Assembly: GCA_043808785.1 (NCBI GenBank)
Contig: JAZDEL010000002.1
Location: 60,001 to 92,000 of the forward strand
From: Candidatus Iainarchaeum sp.
GTDB taxonomy: Archaea; Iainarchaeota; Iainarchaeia; Iainarchaeales; JAZDEL01
Direction of reading: 5' to 3'
Length of the DNA stretch: 32,000 nt
Position 1 is the stretch's first letter; every line of letters starts with the position of its first letter. Positions 13,641 through 22,302 of this stretch are shown in pieces. The notes under the pieces were generated by a model. The model had not been told where the DNA came from, did not search any database, and worked only from the letters and a program-made list of their open reading frames with translations. The translations under genes and the position numbers were made by a program.

Positions 13641-14621
13641 TTATTTCTTTTTCTCCCCGTACTTCATAAACTGCGCAACCAGCGCCTCGAGCTGAATCCT
13701 GTCGTTCGCACCCTCCGTTATGCGGAAATTATACTCCCCTATTTTATCAATCAAATCAACCTTAACCCTGCTGGGCATCTGCTTCTCCTCCGCATTCACA
13801 ACCTCGCGGTAAAGCTGCAGCACAATGTCCTCGCCGCTCATCCCGTAATCGTGGAGTAGGACATCAAGCTTTTCCCTCGCCCCCTTGAAGTTCCCCTCCA
13901 GCGCAAGGGTGATGAGTTCCTTAATCTCCTTCGGCTCCGCCCTGCTGCTCACCCCATAAACGGTTTTCTCCTCCACCTTTCCGCCGAGCGATGCGGAAGC
14001 CTCAAGGATATTAATCGCCTTCCTGCAGTCCCCCTCCGAAACATAAACCAGCGCATCCATCGCGCCCGCTGAAACATTTGCCTTCTCTATTTTCGCAATC
14101 TCGCCGAGCCTGTTCTTTATCTCCTCCGCAGCAAGCGGCCTGAACCTGAAAACCACGCAGCGCGATTGTATGGGCTCGATTATTTTGCTCGAATAATTGC
14201 AGCTCATAATGAACCTGCATGTTTTGGTGTACCTTTCCATAGTCCTCCTCAGCGCCTGCTGCGCGTCGGAAGTGAGTGAATCGGATTCGTCCAAAAAAAT
14301 TATTTTAAAATTCGCGTCAAAGGCAAGCGTGCGCGCGAAATCCTTTATGGTTTTCCTCACTACATCAATGCCCCTTTCATCCGAGGCGTTCAGTTCAAGG
14401 AAATTCTGCCCGAAACTCTTCCCGTAAAGTTCCTTAGCAAGCGCCACAGCACAGCTTGTTTTCCCCACGCCCGCGGAACCCGAAAACATCATATTGGGAA
14501 CGTTCCTGTTCCTCACGTACCCCTGCAGCCTCTCGGTTACGTGCCTCTGCCCTGCGACATCCGCAAGCTTAACAGGCCTGTATTTCTCGACCCAAGGGAG
14601 AGCAATGTCCATATAAACCAT
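13641..14621 (-). CDS. rfcS: replication factor C small subunit
   Basis: PWVEKYRP (RFC box II), GSAGVGKTS (Walker A), FLDESD (Walker B) and the SRC motif (QSRCVVFRF). Confidence 0.95.
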   Translation of the reverse strand: MVYMDIALPWVEKYRPVKLADVAGQRHVTERLQGYVRNRNVPNMMFSGSAGVGKTSCAVALAKELYGKSFGQNFLELNASDERGIDVVRKTIKDFARTLAFDANFKIIFLDESDSLTSDAQQALRRTMERYTKTCRFIMSCNYSSKIIEPIQSRCVVFRFRPLAAEEIKNRLGEIAKIEKANVSAGAMDALVYVSEGDCRKAINILEASASLGGKVEEKTVYGVSSRAEPKEIKELITLALEGNFKGAREKLDVLLHDYGMSGEDIVLQLYREVVNAEEKQMPSRVKVDLIDKIGEYNFRITEGANDRIQLEALVAQFMKYGEKKK

Positions 14622-14675
14622 ATAAAATAATAGTGGTTATAAATGCATATTTGTAGTTGTTTGTAGTTGTGGTGC

Positions 14676-15143
14676 ATGCGCATGGACAGAAACCGTTACG
14701 CAAAGGTGCTTTTCCTCTTCGCCCTTACATACGTGATTATCTACGTGCTTTCCGTCCTCACGCCCATGCGCGACTGGGGGCCTGTTAAAAGCATCTTCCA
14801 GTTCGATTACATGTTCTACCTTCTGCCAGTTGTGGGGTTTGGGTTCCTCTATATGCTCCCCCCCTGGTTCAACGGCTATTTCGGGACAAAGTTTGCAAGT
14901 TCCCCGTTTTTCCCGCTCGCGTATGCGGCAATCGCGGTTGCGGCATATTACGTTTCCATGTCATGGTACATGGGCAACATTGCCCAGCTTTCGGGCGTTG
15001 CCAGCATACCTTTCGACATAGTTAAGGAACTGCTCAATTCCGCGTACCTTGTGTTCGTGCTTGCAGGCCTCGGCGGCTGGGTTAGCAGGGTTGTTATCGA
15101 GCGCATGGAGCCCGCTGGCAAAAGCGAAACAACCGCTGCCTAA
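14676..15143 (+). CDS. small integral membrane protein, unknown function
   Basis: About 4 hydrophobic helices. The track start (TTG 14667) lies inside a tandem 10-mer, so the in-frame ATGs at 14676 or 14682 are more plausible. Confidence 0.55.
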   Translation: MRMDRNRYAKVLFLFALTYVIIYVLSVLTPMRDWGPVKSIFQFDYMFYLLPVVGFGFLYMLPPWFNGYFGTKFASSPFFPLAYAAIAVAAYYVSMSWYMGNIAQLSGVASIPFDIVKELLNSAYLVFVLAGLGGWVSRVVIERMEPAGKSETTAA

Positions 15144-15215
15144 GCCTGCGTGCAGGGCTGCGGCGCGCGCAGTTTAACCGCGCCTGTTTAATTCGTTTTC
15201 CCCCAAACCTTTTCT

Positions 15216-16529
15216 ATGCCGAAATTTTACCTGGAGGGCTACGGCTGCTCCCTTAACCGCGCGGACACGGAGGCAATAAGCGGCTTCCTGCGCGCGCACG
15301 GTTTCAGCCGCTGCAAAAAACCCGCTTCCGCGGATTTCATAATAATGAACACCTGCGCGGTTAAGGAGCCCACTGAATACAGGATGCTGAACAGGATAGG
15401 CAAGCTATGGGCCCTTCGCCCATCGGGCGCCAGCCTCATCGTCTTCGGCTGCCTCCCTAAAATAAGCCCGAAGAAGGTTTCTGAAATTTCCAGTGAAATA
15501 GTGCTGCTCGGCACCGACCTTGGGAAATTGGCGGAATTCATGTGCCTCCCTCCCGAGCATTTCTCCCCCGCTGTCCCGCAGGAGCGCGATAACAAATTTA
15601 TTTCAATTCTCCCCATCTCCCGCGGCTGCCTCGGCTCCTGTACTTATTGCGCCACAAAAAACGCCCGCGGAAAACTGCGCAGTTATTCCCCCGAGGAATT
15701 GAACGCCGCGTTCCGTGCCGCCCTCTCATCGGGCGCGAAAGAAATCTGGCTGACTGCGCAGGACACGGGCTGTTACGGCGCCGACCTGCGGTGCGCCGGG
15801 GGCAAACCGCGCAGGCACGGCGCAGCCGACCGAAGCGCAAGCCTGCCCGAACTCCTCGAACTGCTCCTCTCGAATGAGGGCGATTACAGGGTGAGGATAG
15901 GCATGATGAACCCCAATCACCTGAAGGCTTTTTTCGGGCGCTATGTGAAGCTCCTGAAAAACAAAAAAATGTACCGCTTCATCCACATCCCGCTCCAGTC
16001 GGGTTCGGAGCGCATCCTCAGGCTGATGAAGCGCCCCTACACCGCACGCGCATTCCTCGCGCTTGCAAAGCGCCTGCGCCGCGAACTGCCCGATGTTACA
16101 ATTTCAACGGACATAATTGTGGGCTTCCCCACGGAAACCGATTCGGATTTCCGCAAAACTGTTTCCCTTCTGAAAAAATTCACGCCAGACATAGTGAACA
16201 TTTCCCGCTTCGGCGCAAGGCCGGACACCGAGGCAGCGGAAATGAAAGGGCAGTTGCGGGGGAGCGCGAAAAAGGCGCGCAGCCGCGAATTGAGCGCCCT
16301 GTGCAGGGAATTTTCCCTCGCGCGCAACCGCAGGATGCTCGGCAAAACCTGCGCAGTTTTGGTTTGCGAAAAAGGCAGCAAGGGCGGGCTGATAGGGCGA
16401 ACTGAGAACTACAAGCCAGCCCTGCTTAATGGCAATTTCCTCGGCAAATACGTAAAAATGCGCATAACCGCCGCTTACGGCACCTATCTTGAGGCTGTTC
16501 CAATCGCGCCAAAAGCCCGCAAAAAATGA
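15216..16529 (+). CDS. MiaB-like radical-SAM tRNA methylthiotransferase (archaeal CDKAL1/MtaB type)
   Basis: The UPF0004 N-domain is YLEGYGCSLNRADTE...IIMNTCAVK. The radical-SAM motif is CLGSCTYC. A C-terminal TRAM-like domain is GKTCAVLVCEKGSKGGLIGRTENYKP. Confidence 0.9.
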   Translation: MPKFYLEGYGCSLNRADTEAISGFLRAHGFSRCKKPASADFIIMNTCAVKEPTEYRMLNRIGKLWALRPSGASLIVFGCLPKISPKKVSEISSEIVLLGTDLGKLAEFMCLPPEHFSPAVPQERDNKFISILPISRGCLGSCTYCATKNARGKLRSYSPEELNAAFRAALSSGAKEIWLTAQDTGCYGADLRCAGGKPRRHGAADRSASLPELLELLLSNEGDYRVRIGMMNPNHLKAFFGRYVKLLKNKKMYRFIHIPLQSGSERILRLMKRPYTARAFLALAKRLRRELPDVTISTDIIVGFPTETDSDFRKTVSLLKKFTPDIVNISRFGARPDTEAAEMKGQLRGSAKKARSRELSALCREFSLARNRRMLGKTCAVLVCEKGSKGGLIGRTENYKPALLNGNFLGKYVKMRITAAYGTYLEAVPIAPKARKK

Positions 16530-16565
16530 ACCTTTTTAATAACTTTTGTAGGCTAATCCTTAAGG

Positions 16566-17351
16566 GTGGTTGGGGTGTACCTTACAGACTCGCTTAAGCT
16601 CTACCTTGAGAACTTTCCAACGGCACTTGCCTTCGCGCTCCTGCTCGTTTTCGTCGCAATCTTCGGCCAGGTGCACGGCTTTTTCATAACCTCGGGCAGC
16701 ATCTTCCTCGGCTACGGGCTTGTGAAACTGAACACAATCGACGCGGCAATTTTGCTCGGCTCAATGCTCCTTTTCATGTTCTTCCTCTCTGTTTTCATTT
16801 CCCTGATGATTTTCGCCGTGAGGCGCGAACTCAGCAAGGTCCGCCTGCAGTACTACCTTTCGGAGCGCATAAACAAGTTCGCGTTCAAGCTGTTCTTTTT
16901 CCTCTCGGCCTTTACCCTTGTGCTTGCGTTCATAAACGCGCTGCTGATACAGTTCGGCATTTCCGCGCTCCCCGTAAATATAGTGATGCTCGTGCTTGCC
17001 GTAGCGTTCCTCTTCGTGCCGCAGGCCATTGTTATAGATGAGGAAAGCCTGGGCAGTTCAGTTACCTGGAACTTCGAGTACATGCTCTCGCACCTTGGCG
17101 CGGTTTTCCACGTGCTTGCAACGGGCTTCATACTCCTGCTTGCAATGCCGCTTATCGAGTACGCAATAGACATGCTCACGCTTTCCCTGAATATCGTGCC
17201 CCTGACGGGAAATTTCGTTTCCCTTTTCCTCACGCTTGTTTTCGTCGTGCCTTACCTCGAAGTGCTGAAAACCGAGTTCTACATGCACAAGTTCGAGCTT
17301 GTGAAGCACGCACACAAAACAATAGACAGGCGCAGGACCGAAAGATGGTAA
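16566..17351 (+). CDS. polytopic membrane protein, unknown function
   Basis: 261-aa ORF with about 6 hydrophobic helices and no recognisable motif. Confidence 0.55.
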   Translation: MVGVYLTDSLKLYLENFPTALAFALLLVFVAIFGQVHGFFITSGSIFLGYGLVKLNTIDAAILLGSMLLFMFFLSVFISLMIFAVRRELSKVRLQYYLSERINKFAFKLFFFLSAFTLVLAFINALLIQFGISALPVNIVMLVLAVAFLFVPQAIVIDEESLGSSVTWNFEYMLSHLGAVFHVLATGFILLLAMPLIEYAIDMLTLSLNIVPLTGNFVSLFLTLVFVVPYLEVLKTEFYMHKFELVKHAHKTIDRRRTERW

Positions 17352-17429
17352 ATTCGGCAGCGGATTTTCCCGGCCAAGCGCCATTCGGGATGCGCACAAA
17401 CCCGCAGTGAGCAACGCCTTATTGGCTCC

Positions 17430-18452
17430 TCACGGGCGTTTGGTCTTCCCCGTGTTCACAATAAGCATTTTCTTCCCTTTTGGAAGTACGTGCTTCATCT
17501 GCAGCATGAGCGCAAGCCCCGCAATCCCCGAGGGCTCGCAGCCGATGCCCTGCCTCTCCGCGATTTTCACCGCGCTTTCAAGGAAGTGCTCCTTTATCGG
17601 GTGCACGTTGGATTCAGGGCCGCAGAAGCCCGCATGCCTGTACAGCCGTATCCACTGCTCGCCGTAATGCACGAAAGGCAGGTGCGGGGAATAAAGCTTG
17701 TCCGCCTTTGATGCGGGATTGTTCGTAGTAGCGCCGAGGAAGTTGCATTTCCTCAGCAATTCAACCCTGCCCCTGAACCTTGGGTCGTGGTGCTGCGTGG
17801 AAACCTCCCGCTTATTTATGTTCAGGATGTTTTCGTAAAGGTTGCCCGTGCCGAACGGAATGAAGCAGTAATCGGGCGAACTGTTCAGTATCTCGTAACT
17901 CATCCAGTCGTAGAACCGCGTTGTCGGGTCCAGTGCATCGCTTGAGGTTATGTCGAATCCCTGCGGGTTGTGTGTGAGCGCGAGTATCTGCTCCCACCTG
18001 AACGGCTTTTTCCCGAGGTCGGTTTCATAAACCTCGCAGCCGATTTTTTTCAGCGCCCTGCACGTTCTTCTGTCTGTCCTGAAATCCGCAAGAACCTTAA
18101 GGTTGGGCAGCCCATATTTCCTGAGCTGCGCCTGTATTGCAATCGCAGCGGAACCGGATGAGATTATGGACATCCGCGGCACCACGCCCTTTACCTGCCC
18201 CCTTTTTTTCGCAAGCAGGAAATCCCTGTATGTGACAACAATCTCCCACGCCATCCTGTCCTTGTGCGTGCCTGTCGGGTTCTTGCTCTCGTCCTTGAGC
18301 CACACGTCAGTGAACCCCGAAACCTCTATCTTATATGTCGGGGTTGCGGGAAATTTCGGGCTGTCGGGAGGAAATTCCGGCCTGTGCGGGTCGTTCTCGG
18401 AAGCAACGACAATGCTCTTCAGGATTTTCTCCTCTTTCTTGGACAGCGGCAT
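17430..18452 (-). CDS. PLP-dependent enzyme of the tryptophan-synthase-beta/threonine-synthase-like (fold type II) superfamily
   Basis: KDESKNPTGTHKDRMAWE matches the NPTGSFKDR lysine motif region. A Gly-rich phosphate loop follows (SSGSAAIA). The ATG at 18452 (MPLSKKEEK) is preferred over the track start at 18539. Confidence 0.7.
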   Translation of the reverse strand: MPLSKKEEKILKSIVVASENDPHRPEFPPDSPKFPATPTYKIEVSGFTDVWLKDESKNPTGTHKDRMAWEIVVTYRDFLLAKKRGQVKGVVPRMSIISSGSAAIAIQAQLRKYGLPNLKVLADFRTDRRTCRALKKIGCEVYETDLGKKPFRWEQILALTHNPQGFDITSSDALDPTTRFYDWMSYEILNSSPDYCFIPFGTGNLYENILNINKREVSTQHHDPRFRGRVELLRKCNFLGATTNNPASKADKLYSPHLPFVHYGEQWIRLYRHAGFCGPESNVHPIKEHFLESAVKIAERQGIGCEPSGIAGLALMLQMKHVLPKGKKMLIVNTGKTKRP

Positions 18453-18601
18453 GATTATCCCTTTTGTGTTGTTGTAAATATAATGGTTATGTTGCGCGCT
18501 GGCTGCGAACCAATTGAGCCATAAAGGACTAAATATCAATAAAATATGTATATTTTGTCCTTTATAGGTAGGTTTTTAACCATTTGGGCGCCAATCGTAT
18601 T

Positions 18602-19828
18602 ATGGCCTCCAAACTCGATGTTTTTCTGGCAGTGTGCCTTTACCCCGGGCTTTCCGCCGCGGGGATAGTAAAAAAAATAGGCAAGCCCCATGCCTCCTAC
18701 AATTCGGCATATCGCCTTCTCCGCGAACTGAAAGCCGAAGGGCTGGCTTCCGAGGAAAATGGCCTCTTCAGCGCTTCAAAAACAAAAAATGCCCGCACCC
18801 TCGCAAGCCTCGTCTACTTCTGCTTCAAGAACGGAATAGATTACAACAAGGCTGTTTCGAAAAAAACAGCAGAGTTCGTGAAGGTTGGGCTGGAGAAAGG
18901 CAAAATAAGCGGCATGCCTTTCGATGCGAAAACCGTCAGGAGGATTATGGGCCAGCTTTCAAGGGGCGGCTTCGCAATAGTGGAATCAAGGAAGCCGTTT
19001 TCATGCAGGATAGTGCCCTCGCACTTCACGCGCCTGCTTGCCGAATATTTTTTCGGCAAAATAAAAGTAAGGTGCCCCTCGCTGCCGGACTGCCTTGATG
19101 AGGCGCTTGTGGATTCGGCGCTCGAAAAGCAGTTTTCCGCATACAAGCGCCTCGAGAAGGAAAAATTCGCGTTCGACGAAACAGGGTTCATTTACGTAAG
19201 CCTCTCCCTCGAGGGAAACACCCTGACCCTTTCCGAAACCGAGAAAATAATAAGGCAGAACATCGCCCCCGCATCAAAGCCTTTCAGGGATGCGCAGCAG
19301 GTGCTCGATTACAAGAAAGCGCTCGACGGGTTTGTTTTTTCCGCGGATGCAATCACGCGCGAATCCGTACTTGAATTCCACAAGGTTGCGATGGGCTCCC
19401 TTGCCGCGGGTGCGGGCAAATTCAGGGCCGGGAATGTCAGGATAAAAGGCAACCCGGAATTCAAAACCCCCGATTGGAGGGAACTCCCCGCGCGGCTCGG
19501 CGATTTTTTCAGCGGCGCAAATGCCCCGCAGGGGAAAAAGGCTTCGGCTGCGGCAATCGTGGCGCGCGCGGCATTTTTGCACAACGAATTCCAGCGCATA
19601 CACCCTTTCATAGACGGGAACAGCAGGACTGCAAGGGCAATCTTCCTCAAGGCGCTGGCAATGAACGGCTTCCCGCCAATAAAACTGCAGGTCGGCTTTT
19701 CAGACCAATATATGGCTCTCACAAAACTCAGCAAGGAGAGGGACGACAAAAAATTCGCCCTCCTGATGAAGCAGATTGCTCTGGAAAACCTGAAGCATCT
19801 CGCGAGGAAGATGGAATACGGGTTCTAA
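18602..19828 (+). CDS. Fic-domain protein with N-terminal winged-HTH and an internal inhibitory motif (class II Fic)
   Basis: The Fic motif is HPFIDGNSRTAR (canonical HxFx[DE]GNGRxxR with G to S). The upstream SLSLEG matches the [ST]xxxE[GN] inhibitory helix motif. The N-terminal wHTH-like segment is GIVKKIGKPHASYNSAYRLLRELKAEGL. The ATG at 18602 is preferred to the TTG at 18584. Confidence 0.8.
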   Translation: MASKLDVFLAVCLYPGLSAAGIVKKIGKPHASYNSAYRLLRELKAEGLASEENGLFSASKTKNARTLASLVYFCFKNGIDYNKAVSKKTAEFVKVGLEKGKISGMPFDAKTVRRIMGQLSRGGFAIVESRKPFSCRIVPSHFTRLLAEYFFGKIKVRCPSLPDCLDEALVDSALEKQFSAYKRLEKEKFAFDETGFIYVSLSLEGNTLTLSETEKIIRQNIAPASKPFRDAQQVLDYKKALDGFVFSADAITRESVLEFHKVAMGSLAAGAGKFRAGNVRIKGNPEFKTPDWRELPARLGDFFSGANAPQGKKASAAAIVARAAFLHNEFQRIHPFIDGNSRTARAIFLKALAMNGFPPIKLQVGFSDQYMALTKLSKERDDKKFALLMKQIALENLKHLARKMEYGF

Positions 19829-19862
19829 GCGGCAGTTTTTTTGGCGGGGCACTTATCCAATC

Positions 19863-21599
19863 TCACGCCCCGCTCACAACCATCCCCACTCCCTTTTCAA
19901 GCAGTTCCCCTGCGGTGCGCATGTTTTGCGCGCCAAGGGTGAAATTGTAGCGCTCCCTGATAATTTTGCTCCCGAGGAACTTTTCCCTTTCTTCCGCGCC
20001 CAAAGCATGGAACTCGTATCCGTGCTTCCTCTTATTCTGCGCATTGAACCTTATTATCCCGCGGTCGTTGCAGAATTCGCATATTTCCCATTCGGGAAGC
20101 GCATCCGCGATTTCCTGCAGGGCTTTTTCGGCAAGCCTCGCGCTTTTGCCCTTTGCAAGCATCTCGCACGACTCAAAAAACCCAAACAAACCGAGTACGG
20201 GTTTAAGTTCTTCATGGTTAATTCCCGCCTTTTTCAGTGCCGAGTTTCCCTGCAGGATTTTCCCCTTCAGTTCCCCCAGCTCGTGCAGAACCTTGAGCCT
20301 TTCCCCGAGCGAGGAGAGGAAGCGCTGCCCGTCCTTTGCCTCGAGCGCAAGTTTCGGCATGTTAATGCCTGCAAGCATGCTTATCCCGCGCCCGGAGCGC
20401 AAAAACAAACCCCCATTAAGCGCGGCTGGTTTTGTTTCCCCGTAGTTAAGGAAGGAAATGTTCCGCTCCCCAAGCACCTTGCGCTCAAGCAGGCCGAGCT
20501 TGTATTTTGTGTCAAGCAGAATGCAGAAGCGCAGGGCAGCGGCGGATTCGCGCACAAGCGAATTCGCGAATTCAATCGCGCTTTCGGAATGCGCCCCGTA
20601 CTTCTCAAGTTCGCCCTCCAAATAAAGGGTTGCGCTGTGCGCAGGCAGTTCGCACGCGGGCAGTTCCTTGCACTGCACACATTTCATCTGCAGGAAGAAC
20701 AGCCGAGCGATTTCCGCAAATCTCTTTCTCTGCATTTTTTCAAGGAGAGGGGAAAGGGAGGCGTTCACCGAATCCGCGCAGACAGGGAGGGTAATAAGGC
20801 GGTTCAGCCATGCAATTTCCGCAGCAAGCAGGGCGAGTGCCTCCTCAGCGCTCCCGCACTCTGCGGGCGGGGCAAAGAACTTCGCATATGCGTAAGGCTT
20901 CGAGGCAAAATCGTGCACGGCGCAAATGTGCATGTCTCCTGAAAAATGCAGTTCCCTCGCGGGGGAGGGGATTACTTTCGCCCATGCGTATTCCCGCATT
21001 GCTTCGCGCCCGAATTTTTCCGCGGCATCATGTGCACTGCCTGCCGCGGAATTTTCCGCGCCCTGCGAAACCGCAGCCGCAATATCGTGCACCGGCACAC
21101 CTAACCTCGCATAATTGCAGTACGCATCTTCATAACCGAGCGCGAGCAGTTTTGCATTAACCAGATTGCGTATGAGCGCGGTATTCAGGTATTTTATCTT
21201 CATCTCCTTGAGCTCGTCCTCCACCTCGTTGCTTATCCTCTCCGCCAAGCTCCTGCTCAGCGCGGTTTCCTTGAGCAGCGATTTCGTTATGTTTCCGCGG
21301 TCGAAACCCTCCAAGGTTTCCGCGCTGGTGTGCACGCGCATCTCCCCGAACCTTGCGAACTCCCTTGCAGCTTCAGGGTTTGACTTGCGCAGCTCCTCGA
21401 GTGCAAGGGAGCGCATTTCCGCGATTGAAAGCGCCCCCGTCCCCGCAGCCTCGCGCCCGCCGGAAACTTGAGTGCCCTCTGCAGATGACAGCACCTTGAC
21501 AACGCGCATCACTTCCCATTTTGTTGCGCCCGCCTTTGTGCACTCCGCGGCAACCTTTTCAACGGACGATTTCAGGGGCTTCTGGCTTTCGGAAGGCAT
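19863..21599 (-). CDS. ATP-cone domain protein with class III ribonucleotide reductase (NrdD)-like body, apparently lacking the C-terminal Zn-ribbon/glycyl-radical domain
   Basis: A full ATP-cone is present: MRVHTSAETLEGFDRGNITKSLLKETALSRSLAERISNEVEDELKEMKIKYLNTALIRNLVNAKLLALGYEDAYCNYARL. A partial second cone precedes it. GINMPKLALEA resembles the NrdD INLPRIA segment. No RVxGY-type terminus is present. The assignment rests on remembered motifs only. Confidence 0.55.
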   Translation of the reverse strand: MPSESQKPLKSSVEKVAAECTKAGATKWEVMRVVKVLSSAEGTQVSGGREAAGTGALSIAEMRSLALEELRKSNPEAAREFARFGEMRVHTSAETLEGFDRGNITKSLLKETALSRSLAERISNEVEDELKEMKIKYLNTALIRNLVNAKLLALGYEDAYCNYARLGVPVHDIAAAVSQGAENSAAGSAHDAAEKFGREAMREYAWAKVIPSPARELHFSGDMHICAVHDFASKPYAYAKFFAPPAECGSAEEALALLAAEIAWLNRLITLPVCADSVNASLSPLLEKMQRKRFAEIARLFFLQMKCVQCKELPACELPAHSATLYLEGELEKYGAHSESAIEFANSLVRESAAALRFCILLDTKYKLGLLERKVLGERNISFLNYGETKPAALNGGLFLRSGRGISMLAGINMPKLALEAKDGQRFLSSLGERLKVLHELGELKGKILQGNSALKKAGINHEELKPVLGLFGFFESCEMLAKGKSARLAEKALQEIADALPEWEICEFCNDRGIIRFNAQNKRKHGYEFHALGAEEREKFLGSKIIRERYNFTLGAQNMRTAGELLEKGVGMVVSGA

Positions 21600-21640
21600 A
21601 ATTAAACTTCCCCCCGAAAAACGTTAATAAGGTTCGTGGA

Positions 21641-21727
21641 CGGTTTAAAAACCGAAAAACCCCATTTGGCTGCCCGATTTTGCCTTGCGGCAAAATGGGC
21701 GCAATTGGGCTCAAGCCGAATAGCGCC
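21641..21727. repeat. second copy of the hairpin-repeat element (related to 9858-9972) in the divergent nrdD-like/lrp promoter region
   Basis: AAAAACCGAAAAAC-CCCATTTGGC...GATTTTGCC-TTGC-GGCAAAAT-GGGCGCAATTGGGC-TCA-AGCCGAATAGCGCC. Compare locus 1: AAAAACCAAAAAAC...CCCTATTTGGC-TTTT-GCCAAAT-GGGCGCATTCGGGC-TCAC-GCCCGAATAGCGC. Confidence 0.6.
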
Positions 21728-21744
21728 GCTTTAGAAAAGCGAAC

Positions 21745-21755
21745 TTTTTATATAT
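21745..21755 (+). promoter_or_regulatory. TATA box (TTTTTATATAT) of the lrp promoter, leaderless-type spacing
   Basis: It is centred about 28 nt upstream of ATG 21778. Confidence 0.4.
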
Positions 21756-21777
21756 GGTTTGTTAAATATATGAAGAT

Positions 21778-22254
21778 ATGGCGGATGTAACCCTTGATAA
21801 AATCGACCATAAGATAATCCGCGTTTTGCTTGAAGATGGCAGGGCGCCTTTCAGCCAGATTGCGAAGGAAGTAGCGCTAACGGACGTGGCGATAAAAAAG
21901 CGCCTCGACAGGCTGAAGCGCAAGGGCGTCGTGAATTCAATCACCGCGGACCTGAACCTCAAGGTGCTCGGGTATGAAAACCCGATATATGTGCAGATAC
22001 GCTCCGAAATCGGGAAGAACAAGGACCTTGTAAAGCGCCTGCACGAGATGGATTTTGTTGTTGAATTGAACCAGGTGCTCGGGGAGTACAACCTTTTCGC
22101 GAAACTGGTTGTGCCCGATTTGGAAAGCGCGGAAAAGTTCATTGAAAAGCTCGGCGTCCTTGATGGCGTGCTGGACATAAAAACCTCCATGGTTTTGCGC
22201 GAACTGAAGAAGTCTAACGCGCTTCCCACGCACTCGCTGCAGAAGACGCTCTGA
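21778..22254 (+). CDS. lrp: Lrp/AsnC family transcriptional regulator
   Basis: The HTH_AsnC segment is LDKIDHKIIRVLLEDGRAPFSQIAKEVALTDVAIKKRLDRLKRKGVV. A RAM/AsnC_trans_reg-like C-terminal half follows. Confidence 0.9.
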   Translation: MADVTLDKIDHKIIRVLLEDGRAPFSQIAKEVALTDVAIKKRLDRLKRKGVVNSITADLNLKVLGYENPIYVQIRSEIGKNKDLVKRLHEMDFVVELNQVLGEYNLFAKLVVPDLESAEKFIEKLGVLDGVLDIKTSMVLRELKKSNALPTHSLQKTL

Positions 22255-22302
22255 ATACGCTTGGGCTTGGTGCGGAGGCAAAGCCTGATTTTGCGTGTAG
22301 GT

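Noticed and set aside
17373-17389. Possible third, degenerate copy of the hairpin element (GCCAAGCGCCATTCGGG; the reverse complement CCCGAATGGCGC resembles CCCGAATAGCGC) in the convergent gap at 17352-17429.
   Set aside because: Only about 12 nt of similarity, with no partner arm or flanking GCCAAAT palindrome. This could easily be chance in GC-rich DNA, so it is left as a note for a proper pattern search.
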